In this document: positions 26,231-38,201 of the stretch, piece by piece
How the letters are laid out: each line of letters opens with the position of its first letter
Position numbering within the stretch: the first letter of the stretch is position 1
NCBI GenBank assembly: GCA_016748015.1
Contig: JAAOMT010000307.1
Coordinates: 7,357-71,356 of the forward strand
Length of the DNA stretch: 64,000 bases
Source: Geosiphon pyriformis uo1
Taxonomy: Eukaryota; Fungi; Glomeromycota
Reading direction: 5' to 3'
Notes under the pieces: generated by a model
What the model saw: only the letters and a program-made list of their open reading frames with translations
The model's database searches: none
Told to the model about the DNA's origin: nothing
Program-made: the position numbers and the translations under genes

Positions 26231-29156
26231 ATGATAGAACCAGTGAGCTCATCTGCTAATGAGTCTGGCTCTGGCTCGACTGGTTTGGGGACCTGTCCAA
26301 ACACCAAAAAAAAGTGAGTGGAAAGTGTCTACTCCTATAGTGCGTCATTTAAAAAACCGAAAAAGCCTGAAACAAGTGGAGGCATAGTGGACTTGTTTGC
26401 TGAACTATTAAATTTGTTAGATATTGGTGACTCTGGAACAAAACCTGTGGTGTCTTGAGGCAGTGAGGTAGGTAGTATAGCTAGTAGTGTTAGTGATCTT
26501 TTTAACATAAAGAACATGGAAAATACAGTCGCCGAAGAGACCAGTTATGCGAATTTGGTTGCTTTTGAGCATGGTGAAAATAAGGATGAAACAATGCCTA
26601 GGAAAACCTGTACTCGGACGTACATGTTGGGACACCCACCAAAGGTTCTGATGTTTGATAACATGAGTGATAATGATGACATTTTAATGCTTTTTTTTCC
26701 TAAGTTTGCCGGCTCTGTGCTATTGATTGAATCACGTGCAGTGGATACATGCGGTTTTAAGCCAGTCAAATCTTTTGCCCTAAATATAGAGCTGTCTGCT
26801 GTGTCCAGAAAAACCAATGGTGATAAGTTGATTGTAGTAAAAAAGATTTTTTATCAAATTGATGGTTTTAGGGGAGCTTTCACTCCCTCAAAATTTCCTG
26901 GTATTATTAGATCATCCTCTAGTTTGAATAAGACAAAGATATTGGCAATCAGTGAAAATATTCTAGTTAATGATGATCTTAGGAAAGTAAACAGTTATTC
27001 AGATTGGGAAATTATTGTCAAGAAGATCCCAGTCAATCTTCCCAAATCAGCAATTGTGGCTGTGTTTTCTAAATTCAGAAAGATCATTTTAATTAAGATG
27101 CAACTTATTGGTCTTTGGCAAAAGGCCCTGGTGAAATATAAATCATCTAAGATGGCTGATTTGGTTACAGCTAGATGGTCTATACTTGTGGGAAAAGATT
27201 CTGTTTGTGTAGTGAAAGCAATTGGTGATAAACAAATATAGATATTCAGGGATTAGCATTAGGCATTGCTTTACACTCTCCCAGTTGGCACTACTGTTCA
27301 TAATCTCTCTAATTTGTTGGATTTGTATAGTGGTAAGACCTATGTTATTGGCCATAATCTGGTTATATATGTTTGAAATAGGTGCGCTGTCATTTGTTTT
27401 GCTAATGAAGCTTCCAAGTTGGCTGCAATTAGTTCAGTTTTGATCTTTAAAGGTGTGAGTTTGTGTTGGGCTGGTTTTTTTCTAGCCTGTTGTGCTACAT
27501 GTAAACATTTTGGTCATGTTTCAGATATGTGCTCTATAGTGTTACTGGAGGTTTTTGGTCTCTTTTTTTAAATGTTGTTTATGCCTGTTTGCTGTGAATT
27601 CACGTTTTCTGGATGTGGTTGAACCTCCAGTAACTGAATTTATCTTCAAATTATCTCCTATAATTTGAACTGCTGGGCTTATAGTGGAATGGCCAATTTT
27701 GTGCCAGTTACTTTATTTAGTTACATTGTAGTAAATGTCAACTCTTTCCCAGGAATTGCTTGTCTGGAAGCTCACTAAAAATGTGTAGTTACTTTGCTGT
27801 GAAAGTCAACTCTTCTACAAGAATCTCGTCTGTAGGCTACTCTAATAATTGTAATAAGAAAAATAAAAGAAAATAAAAGAAATGTAAAAGAAATGGGATT
27901 TTATCAAGGGAAACGTTTTCTATCCAGGCCTGGAGTCACTAACAGTTTACTGAAATTGGTAGCTAATCAATTTCGAAATATTAGTTGGGTTTTGAGGATT
28001 TTCCAAGTGCAATAATTAAAGAATTTTGGTTTTTCAAATTTATTTGATATTTATTTCATTTTGTGTATGTAGGAATGATTCTAAGTGATAAATTTAAAGT
28101 AAGATACATTTTCTTGAAGAGAGAAGCTCTTCTTTTATACAACTTGTTATAACACTATTCCATGAACTTAAACTTTGCTCTTTTCTACAATTTTGCTAAA
28201 CTAAAAATACATTTTGGTGAACTACAAGTTATTTCTGTGAACTATTAGATATTTTAGTGAACTATCAATTATTTCGGCAAATTTCTACAAATTTTGGCAA
28301 ACTTTTGAATGTTATATAGTTTAAGGTATTGCATAATTGATCATCACACTTAGGTTATATTTGTGTTATACACAAATTGGGTTATTAATTAAATGATAAT
28401 TTTGGATATTTTTGCTAATATAATAAGTAATAATTTGGGATGATAATATATGCTAATTAATGATAAGAATTATAAAGGTAATTTTATGCTAAACAGTATC
28501 TCTAATTTTGTTTGGTAACAGCAGATAGAAATTCTGGGAGGTGTGGTAGATGTGTAGTTACCCCTTGAGATCAAGCTCATTTGGCTGACATTTATAAAAG
28601 AAGGCAGATGCCAATCACTTGTCCAGTTTCTTTTGGTGGTAAAACTTGGGCTCAGGTAGCTGATGAATCTCTTTCTCATGTGGTTTTCTTGGTTGTTTTT
28701 GGTGCGAAGTCGTATCCAAATGTCAAAATTCTATTAATGGGTTCTGACTTTCTTATGGTCACAGGTCTGAATGATTGCTTGGCATTCTTGGAACACTCTT
28801 TGGAACTTTTGGCTGAACAGGTTTCTGGCATCTTGAAAAAGTTGAGCTCTATTGAATTGGTACCTTTGCCTCTTGTTTCACTAGCTTCCCCTCCTGTCAT
28901 CTCTGCTTCTCTGAATTTAAGTGCAAATTCAAACATGATGTTGGATGCTCCACAGGTTTTTTCTTTTCCTCCTATTACAGTCATTAATAATGCAGCTTCT
29001 GATTTTGGTTTTAGTAGTTCAAAAATCCTGACCACCAAAGTTGGTGGTTTGGAATCAAAAATAATAGCTTTAGATGCAGTGGTTGATACAGTTTTGGCTA
29101 GATTGGATCTTTTGTGCTCTGGGTTGGGTTTGTCATCTGTTCTTTCATCTCAATGA
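26231..29156 (+). pseudogene. LINE ORF1 (RRM-like, CCHC, coiled coil), interrupted by solo LTR 27540-28520
   Basis: ATG 26231 MIEPVSSSA...; IIVKKIPVNLPKSAIVAVFSKF...LIGLWQKA; CATCKHFGHVSDMC just before the insertion; resumes DRNSGR...IYKRRQMPITCPVSFGGKTWAQ. Confidence 0.88.
27540..28520 (-). mobile_element. Solo LTR (981 bp) nested in LINE ORF1
   Basis: Termini TGTTAC...GTAACA; flanks atag / gcag (degenerate 4-bp TSD). Removing the insert plus 4 bp restores the ORF1 frame. TATAAAA (28139-28133) and AATAAA motifs on the - strand suggest orientation. Confidence 0.82.
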
Positions 29157-32100
29157 GTGGTCTGGTTTGGAAAATTGCTACTTGCAACATCAGGGGTATG
29201 AACAATCCTGTAAAATGGGATGACATTATTTGTTGACACAACAACATAAACAATTTGATTTCTATTTTTACAGAAACAAAGTTAAAGGGAAGGATTTGCT
29301 CCTGGATTGTCAACAAATTTGATGGTGTAAGAATGTTTACCTCTGGCTTGGATTCTGGTTATTTGGGTGTTGGTGTTGTGATTGTTGTGAATTTTTCTTT
29401 GGTGAGACATGTGTGCAAGATTTCTGAGGTGCCTGGTTGGCTCCTATCTATCAAGTTGCTATTCAAGAATAAACTTTTGGTATCAATTTTGGGGCTTTAC
29501 GCAGGCACTTCTTTGGTGGTTCAGTTCTTTTAGACTGGAGAGGTTAACTCTTTCATCACTAAGGCTGTTAATGAATCTTCTTTTATTATTCTTAGGGGTG
29601 ATTTCAATGAAAATAGTTTGTGTAAAAGTGCGAGTTTTAGAAAGTGCCTTGATTTGGAGCTAGTCAACTCTCTGTTGGGTAGTCCAGTCACAAAAAGTCC
29701 TACTTGGGGAAATTTAAGAGGTGTGGAGAAAACAATTAATTATGTGTTTGTTTCCCCAAGTCTGATCAGTGCGATTGTATATTGTGAAGTTTTGGAAGTT
29801 GGCAAATATTATGATATGGATCACCAGGCTGTTTCTGTGTCCATAGACTTGGGTGGGCTTTTGGATGCACAGTTAAACTCTCTTCGCAAACAGGCAAATA
29901 AGGATCATTAGAAGTTCAATTTTAAGGGCACTAATAAGATTAGATGAAACAATTTTAAAGATGCCACGTTGGCCAATACTACAATGTTCTCAGATAAGTT
30001 TGCCACCTCTGCAAGATTTTCGGACTTGGATGCAATGTGGGGCATTGTTTGTAAGATAATGGTTCTCTCAGCTAGTAAAGTGTTCAAAAAAAAGTGGTTC
30101 AAGAGCTTCGATAATGTTTTCACCAAGGAATCTTCAAGATTTCACAAATTGAAGCTTTTGGTTTCCAAAATTGTCAAGGCTTCACATGAGGAATGTGTTG
30201 CAAATTTTGAGTCTCTTATGGAATGTTGGGTTTCTTTGGATAATAATAGGACTTCAGTTGTGCAGAGTGTGATAGACTCTGGTGCTGGCACTGATGGTGT
30301 TTATTCTGCTTTTTTTAGTATTAGGAGGTCTTATCACACATCCAAGCTCACTGAGTTTTTGAGAGCTAAGGAAGCAAACATCAGATCTGCTATAAATAAG
30401 AGGATAGAAAGTTTTGAGATGGATAAAGGTTACACAATCAGAAGCATGCTAAAACAACCCTTTCACAAGGTGGTTTTGGATTATTTGGTTATGGGTGATG
30501 AGTTGGTTTTTGAGCCTGATTTGGTGAAATCCAAAGTGGATAATATTATGGAAGGATAGACTAAGAAGCGTGTGATGGTCGATGATATTTCTAATACTTG
30601 GTCTCGTCAGTACCGATCTTTGGATTACATTTTTGATGAGGCCTTCTCTAGGGTAATGTGTGTGATTGATTTTGATGAGTTGTATCATGTAGTCTCTGAC
30701 CTGCCTGATGGTAAAGCCGCTGGTCTCTCAGGTATCTCTAATGAGCTATGGAAACATTGTGATGAGTCAGTTTTGGGTTTGCTTCTGGTCCTGTTGAATT
30801 CTTGTCTGTCTTGTGAATTGGTACCTGGTCCTTGAAAAGAGGCTTGGGTTTTAATGATTCACAAGCCCTATGAGTGAGAGAGTGTTTTCACAAATACTCA
30901 TTCTATTGCTTTGATCGAAACAGCTTGCAAAATTCTCTTCAAGATTCTGTCAGATAGGATCTTACTGGCTTGCAGCTCTTATGATGTCCTACATGGTGAC
31001 AATTTTTCAGTTTTAAAGGGTATGACGACTCAATCACCTATTTTTGCTATTGGTTTAGTTATTGAAAACACTTTGGAGAAGAACCAGAAGCTTTGATTAA
31101 TTTTGCAGGACATGCAAAAAGCTTACAATTTGGTTGGCTGGGAGCACCTCGAGAAGAGTTTGGTCAGGATTAAGATATACAGCAAATTTATTCAGTTTTT
31201 TGGCAGTGTTCATAAGAATTGTACCAACCATATAATGACAAATTTTGGTTTGATGGATGACTATCACGTACATGATGGCCTGGACCAAGGAGAGGTTTTT
31301 TCCCTCCTTCTGTGGCATATATTTTATGATCCTTTGTTGTGTGAAGTTAAGCGTCAGAAGAGTGTGTATGGGTATAGGTTGAATTCTTATTTTGTTTTCA
31401 AAAGTGGTTGTACTGAATCTCAGGCTGGGCTCTCTTCTTTTTTTGCTGCTAGTGCTTTTGTTAATGATACAATCTGAGTTGGTAACAGTCATATTGCTAC
31501 TCAGCATATTTTCAATGTAGCTAGTGAATTTTTTCATATTAATGATATTTTAATTAATAATAACAAAACAGTGGCCATTTCTATCAATAGCAGAGTCAGC
31601 AATTCTTTTCTATCCATCAGTGGCTTGCCAATCTCTATCACCAAAAAGGGTGAATCTCATTGGTACTTGGGTATTTTTCTATTGACTGAGGGTCTTTCGA
31701 AGCCTAGTTTGGCTAAGGCAAATTCAGATGTTCATTTTTTCACCAATCTGGTCCTGAGAAAGGTGGTTTTGGATAAGCAATTTTTGTATCTGGTGTTAAC
31801 AGTCCTCCATTCTATAATCAGCTATAGAACACAGTTCAGCTTTGTTTCTGTTGGTATGTGCAACAAATAAGATGCTCTGATTTGCAAAGACTTGAAACTT
31901 AAATCTGGTCTCCTGCTAGATTTTCCTAGTGATACAATTCATCATCCTTCTTTTTATGGTTTAAAGTCCTTTTCGCAGTGTTAGTCTGAAAGTAAGATTG
32001 CTTTGCTTATTAGTTTCACAAACTCTAGTGGGATTTTGGGGTGTTTGTTCAGTCACAGGTCTCATAACTTACAAGTTTTGTGTTGACAGCCAATCCATCC

Positions 32101-33831
32101 ATTGATCTCTCCTACTCATATTCATGTTAGTGTTTCTAATAATTTCTTGGCTGGTATGGTTTCCATCTTTTTTGACTGCAAGCTGTCTTTGGGTGGTTCT
32201 TTGGCCAGTGCTTTCTGGTTTCACAGTGGGGTTCCTATGTCTGTTATTCTTGGCGAATCTTTGTTTTTCAAGTTTTTGTCATTCCTTCGGCGTTATGACA
32301 TTGCCTTTGTGGACCAGCTTCAGGATCGTCATGGTGATGTCTTTAGCTGGCTCATCTTTAAGCAGTAAAAGAGACTGAATCCTCATGGTCCAGTTCCTGA
32401 GTGGTTCGTATGTTCAGTCAAGTTTCTTGTGGCTTCCCATTCTTCTCCCTTAGTCTCAGTTGGTGTTGGTTTTGTAGACATTTGTGGTTCTGATAATTTT
32501 CTGTCTGTATGTGATTGTCTTTCTTGGGTTGGTGCTGATAGTTTGTCTGTGTATACTGATGAGTCATTAAAAAATTTGGGCACGACTGGTTGTAGGGCCA
32601 AGACTGCTGCCTTTTTTAAGAATGTTAACTTGGGTTTGGATATTAGTATTTGGAGTTTGGTGTTATCTACTTTGGCAAAATTGCAGACTGTAACATTGGC
32701 TCTGGAATGCATACCTGTGGTTTGTTCTGTTTGTCTGTTTTCAGATAGTCAGGCAGCCTTAGATGCTTGCATGTCAGAGATTAACTTGGTGTATCCTAAC
32801 TTTCGCAATCATTGTTGAGTCAAGTGTTGGCATATTAGGAATGTTATATGCAGTAAAAATTTAAGGGTTAGCTCGCACAAGGTTAAAGACCACTCTGGTG
32901 TGTTAGAAAATGATCGAACCAATAGCATCACTGACATTACAACTCTCTCTAATTGGTTTTTTTCTTCTCGTGTTGATGAACATTTTTTGTTGGCGGGTGA
33001 TGGTATTGTCTTTGGTAACTCTAGACATTTTGTTCGAGACATTTTTTATACTGTTTGTTAGGCACATTGAGAGGTCAGTTTTGGTTCTAGGTTTCTATCT
33101 AAAAATTTGCATTTGCATGTTGATTGGCCTAGTTTCTCTAGGGTTTGGCATTCTGATTCACATATGGTGACAGGTTTCACCAGTAGGCGCATTACTGATG
33201 CTTGTACTTACTTTATAAAGGCTTTGTACTATCGGCTTCTCATGGCTGTTCGAAAGCACATTTATAATAGATGTTACCCTAGTGTTCTGTGTCTGTATTG
33301 TGATGAGGTAGAGATGTCTGATTATGTCTTTTCTTGTATAATTGATAATTCAGCTCATTGTCAGGTTTTGGAATCCTGTATGTCTTCTTAGAAGACGCTT
33401 TTTGGTCTTTCCCTCTCTTTTTTAAGTGTATTGCAGCTGCTGTCAATCTGTGCTTTGGATTTTCTGGTATCCTCGGCTTTTTACAAGAGTTTTGTTTTCA
33501 AAGAATAGATTTAGGAGGCTGTTTTTATCTTCTATGATCCCAAAGTTGCTGGCATTAAGATTGCTGATTTTGTGTACTCTCTTTGTATCACTTTTAGAAA
33601 TAACATATGGTTAGTCCATGCCAAGCATCACGCATACATGAAAAAGAATGGTTTGATTCCAGTAGATGGTTCAATTCCCGTCTCAGTTTCTGGTTTGGTT
33701 TCGAGGTTTTCAGATAGTGTGGTTAAATTGCTTGGTATTACTGAAGCTTTTGGCATCCGTTTTGGCTTTCACAAATCTTGTTCTTTTTTTTAGGTATTGG
33801 TGACTTGGTTCCTGTTAATATAATTGCGTAG
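29153..33831 (+). pseudogene. LINE ORF2 (APE, RT, RNase H, Cys/His knuckle), disrupted
   Basis: MSGLVWKIATCNIRGMN, ETKL, GDFN, TINYVFVS, DH; GKAAGLSGISNELWK, QDMQKAYN, GLDQGEVFSLLL, AFVNDTI, WYLGI; VYTDES, FSDSQAAL, HKVKDHSG; CLYC..DYVFSC; stop TAG 33829-33831. Confidence 0.92.
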
Positions 33832-34509
33832 TGTTGTTCTGACTGGCTTGAATGGCTGGTCATATGTAAAAAGTACATGATTTATGCTTAGTTTAGATTA
33901 TTTCTTTGATGTATAGTTCTAAGTAGTGTTTGGACTTCACTCATTAAATATTAAAAAAAAAAAGTTGATTATTAAATTTTTACTTCTTTATTATTAGTTG
34001 ATATTTATTAAATTAATTTTGATAATATAATTTTTTTTACATAATTTAATACTAATTTTTATAATATATGTTGTAATTTTTTACATGAAAATATTATATT
34101 TTTAATAATATAATAGCTTATATATATAACTTATTTTTTTCAAGTTTTGATAATAAAATTTTAATTAAATAGATATATAGTATAGATTTAATTGGCATAA
34201 ATAATTAAATATATATAGTAAAAGCATAAATTATTTTTAATTTACTATGTTGTATTAGATAATAATTGAATCTTATTTGTTAAATATTATAAAAAAAATT
34301 ATTATTAATAAAAAAAACAGTATTTAGATTTTATTTATTTTAAAATAATATTTAAAGCCAAATTGGTAAATTATTTATTTAATTGTATTGTTTTTTAAAT
34401 ATATAATTATATTTATTTTATTTAATAGTTAAAAAATGTTATTATTACTTTTGGCTTTTAATCTAAATTAGATAATACTATTATTAAAATTAATATCTTA
34501 AAAAAAACT

Positions 34510-34960
34510 ATATTTAAAAAAATCTTTAATTTTTAATACTATTTTAAATATTAAAATTTAAATTATTTGTTTGTAAATTATAAAATATCTTATTTTTTTC
34601 TAAGTTTTTATTAAAATTCGTGATTAATTTTAAGATTTTTATAATTTATTTTGCTAATAAAAGTTTTATATAAAAATTGTTATTTTTTTATTTTTTTTAT
34701 TATTGTTATTAATTTTATAATTAGCTTAAAGTTAACTTTTTTGAAGTTATATTTGCTAAGTTGGCTTTGTTAATTAAAATAAAATAAAAAAATTATTATT
34801 TTAAAGTAAAATATAATATAAATAATTATTAATTATAATATGTTTAATAATAATACAAATTTTCTTGTTAATAAGAAATATTTTGTTAAAATCATAATAT
34901 TTTAAAAACTTTAAGTTCTTACTATCAAGTTAAATACAAATAAAACAGTTATATAATTAG
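34510..34960 (-). repeat. Ancient decayed repeat, second copy (homolog of 23395-23940)
   Basis: See 23395-23940. Confidence 0.55.
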
Positions 34961-35399
34961 TTGATTTGGTTTTTAATTATAATAATCTTATTTTAATTAT
35001 ATAAAAAATAATTATATTAAGTAAATTTTGTTTTTTAAATCTAATATAGTTTAGTTTTAACTAGTTTGGCTGGTTAATTATATTTAAATAAAGTATAAAT
35101 TATGTTTAATTTAAAATATTTTAATATGATATTGTATTAAATTTTGTTTTGTTAAAACATAAAAAAAAAGAATATACTGTTTTTGTTATTATAAAAAACA
35201 TTGTATTTATGTATTTTAATTATTATTAATCTTGAATATTTTTAATTGTTAACTAAATTTTACTTATATTACATTATGCCAAAAATAGTTTATAAGCAAA
35301 GAATTAATACTTAAATCTGTTTATTATTAAATGATTAAAGTAAATTGGCCTTAGCCCTATTATATATTATGTTTTTGAAATATAATGTTTTTTGTTATA

Positions 35400-37970
35400 T
35401 CTTCAATATCTTTTCAGGTAAGTGATAATCTTTTTTATGAAATTATTGAACTTCAGCACCAAATTTTTCTAACTATTTCTCTTCATCAGTTATTTTCCAT
35501 CTACTTGCATCTTTAACAGTTGCAACAAATTGTTTCAGCCCTCCTTTCAATTTATCTATTAACTCTAACAATGACATTTTCCTTCCAAACTTGATAATTG
35601 CAATAATTTGACACATTTCAATATAGTCCTGAATAATTGTTTGACATGAATTGAATCGAAGTTGCAGCATATTTGCAAGGCCAAAATCAATAAAATAAAA
35701 ATGTTCATTTCTTTGTATAATGTTCTAGATAGTGACATCTCCATGTGGATAACAATTGAAGTGAATCTGTTTCAGACACAACCATAAGTCCAGAATAATT
35801 TAAAAAAGTGTGTAATTATTTATATCACTGTTATCAGATATCCAAGATTTCAGAGGTTGTTTCACAAAGTCTGTTATTATTGTCTGAAATTTTTTTATTG
35901 TATGGCCTTCAAAAAAAATTTTGGGAACACAAGAAAGATTGCTTAGTACATGTAATGCCAATATTTCTTAATAGATTTGAGAAAATTCAAAGTTTTTGTG
36001 GACCTCAATCTTCAATTGAAAAAAATTAGTTGATCAATATGATAAGTTTAATATACAGATATGAGAATTAATTACCTTTAGAACAGTCTCCTTTATTTTA
36101 TAATCCTGTAGTTGTACCAAAAATACTAAATTTTCTTTTCCAGTTCTAAGATGAGATATAACTTGTACATAAATATTATTTCCAGAGTCTAATTTGATAA
36201 GAAAACTTTTTTTGATAAAAGAAGCCACAAGACTTTCAGGAGTTAATAATAACTTAAGAGACATATAAGCCTTATTATTATTTGGAGAATCTTTTTTTTT
36301 GCTAGATGCTTTTAACAAGTATTTATTATAATAATGATTGATTAAGCCAGCAATAAGTGAAGCCGTTTGGATATTTTATATATACAGTTTACTTTTTTTC
36401 ATTGCCAATTTGTTTCAAGCTTCATTTATGGTGACTTTCATAAATTGCCAATGGTTTCTGTCAGTTAAACATCCATAGAAAACTGGTGTTAAAGGATCAT
36501 TTGCTGTAAGGTATATACTAGTGTACTTTACTACCTGTCCTTTCCCTGTTTTTGCTTTTATCTGATCAATTATATTATTTTTGACTTCTCAATCTAATCT
36601 CTTTAATAAATCAGATAGATTATTCATTAATTGACTATAGTATTGATTTAAACCAATTATGATATCAGTATAAACTTTATCTTTTTTTCTATTACTGTTA
36701 TCTCCAAGTACAAGTAAGTCTTTCAATCCCAAACATTGTACTGTTTCATCCACAACATTTTTGCAAAATGGCTGGTGTTCTTTTATTTCATCTAATCTGT
36801 TAGTAAAAGGTAATTTTTCAAATGTTCGGGCACCAATCTGTAATAGTGTTTGTATCTCATTCTCCATCCTCCACATTTTTACCTAGTTATTTTATATCAT
36901 ATATCTGTACACAGAGGAAAAATTTTTTGATTTGTCTGTCTCAAGTTGTAATATCACTGATCACAAGTAGACAACTGTGTCTTTAGATTCTTGGAAATGA
37001 AATGATAATAATAAGGCACAAGTTAAAAAAAATGACAGTGAAAAAAACAGTGTAGATAGGATGCAAAGTTTAAAATAAAATAGAATTAAAGCATTGACAC
37101 AAGAATGTCTAAAAAGAATTACTGATCATAATATCAAAAAACACTATTACTCTATCTTATGGAGGTAAAAAGGAGAAAACAATGTATCTGAAGCATGGAC
37201 CCAGTTGATGGAATGAAACAAACATACACGAATACAAAAGAGAGCAATAAGTTTATGAGTTATTCAACATCGAAAACATTTTCATAAATAGATGAATAAA
37301 CCAGGCAGAAGTGATACATAGAAAATAAATTTTCATACTAAATACTTACCTTTGTCTAACAAGATAGGTTTGACAACAGAAAATAAGAGATAAAAAAGAG
37401 AAATAACCACTTGTTAGTCAGCTATCAGTCAATAACAGAGACACACAAACATGAACCAAAGAACACACGTTAAATGGAAGGAAAAAGCAGTACAAGTTGG
37501 AGATATGTAAATACAGTCATTCAGAAAGTGCATTATGCAAAAGAGAGGAGAATAAGACACAGATAGCAAAAAAAAGAAATGTCATTAGTTGTCATAAACT
37601 CTATTCTATATATGCTGGCTACTCTATTTAGTATGTACTACTCTACCACCCCAATACCTAAGCAACAAACTCATAATAAAAGAAAACCATATTACAAAGT
37701 CATTATCTATATCATCTGTTGCTGTATGTAATTTTTCTTCCCATTTTTGTATTTTCTCCATCCATTTGTTCATCTCTATCTCCAGCTTTTTTTCTTACTT
37801 TTTCAGATTTTTTTTTCTTCTATCCACTTGTTTCTTTGTTTTTTATCTATATTTTCCTCCTCTCTCAACTTCTTTTTTAATTCACTTAATCTATCTAGCT
37901 TTTTCACACATCTCTTATACTCAGTCTTAGCATCTTCTAATTTACGTTTAATATTTTTAATGCTCACCAT
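35400..37970 (-). pseudogene. Crinkler-like effector pseudogene: coiled-coil header exon, PD-(D/E)xK-like REase, protein-kinase-like domain
   Basis: Header ATG 37970; donors GTAATA (~37695) and GTAAGT (~37349). TDIII...EVK...KGQVVKY...FYGCLTDRNHWQF is REase-like. HLRTGKENLVF...VLKV and PHGDVTI*NII...FIDFGLA (~35745-35675) are kinase motifs. Multiple stops and frameshifts. Confidence 0.7.
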
Positions 37971-38201
37971 AATGTTTTGTATGTTTGTTATAGTTTGGGA
38001 AGATATGGCATAATAAATTTTTGATTTATATCAATAACATTTCAGATTTTTGATTTATTAGTATAATACCTTAATGTATTTATTAAAGTATATTTGTTAG
38101 TTCTATATTTTAACATTAAATAAAAATTGTTTTTTATTATAATAAATTAGATTTTAATATATTATAAATAAAATATTATAGAATACTTTTTTTTTATTTA
38201 A

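Larger units (their letters stand above)
26084..33963 (+). mobile_element. Full-length RNase H-containing LINE (element C) with poly(A) tail and candidate 8-bp TSD aagttgat
   Basis: 5'UTR, ORF1 26231-29156, ORF2 29153-33831, 3'UTR, A-tail 33953-33963. aagttgat occurs at 26076-26083 (after TT, fitting a TT/AA endonuclease site) and at 33962-33969. Confidence 0.93.

Noticed and set aside
16441-33614. Numerous short antisense or alternate-frame ORFs over the LINEs (e.g. 20635-21024, 28676-29038, 31097-31537)
   Set aside because: Shadow frames of decayed ORF1/ORF2.
29153-33831. TGA=Trp alternative genetic code (e.g. endobacterial or mitochondrial DNA)
   Set aside because: Trp positions are also TAG and TAA, TGG is still used, and frameshifts co-occur; this is mutation, not recoding.
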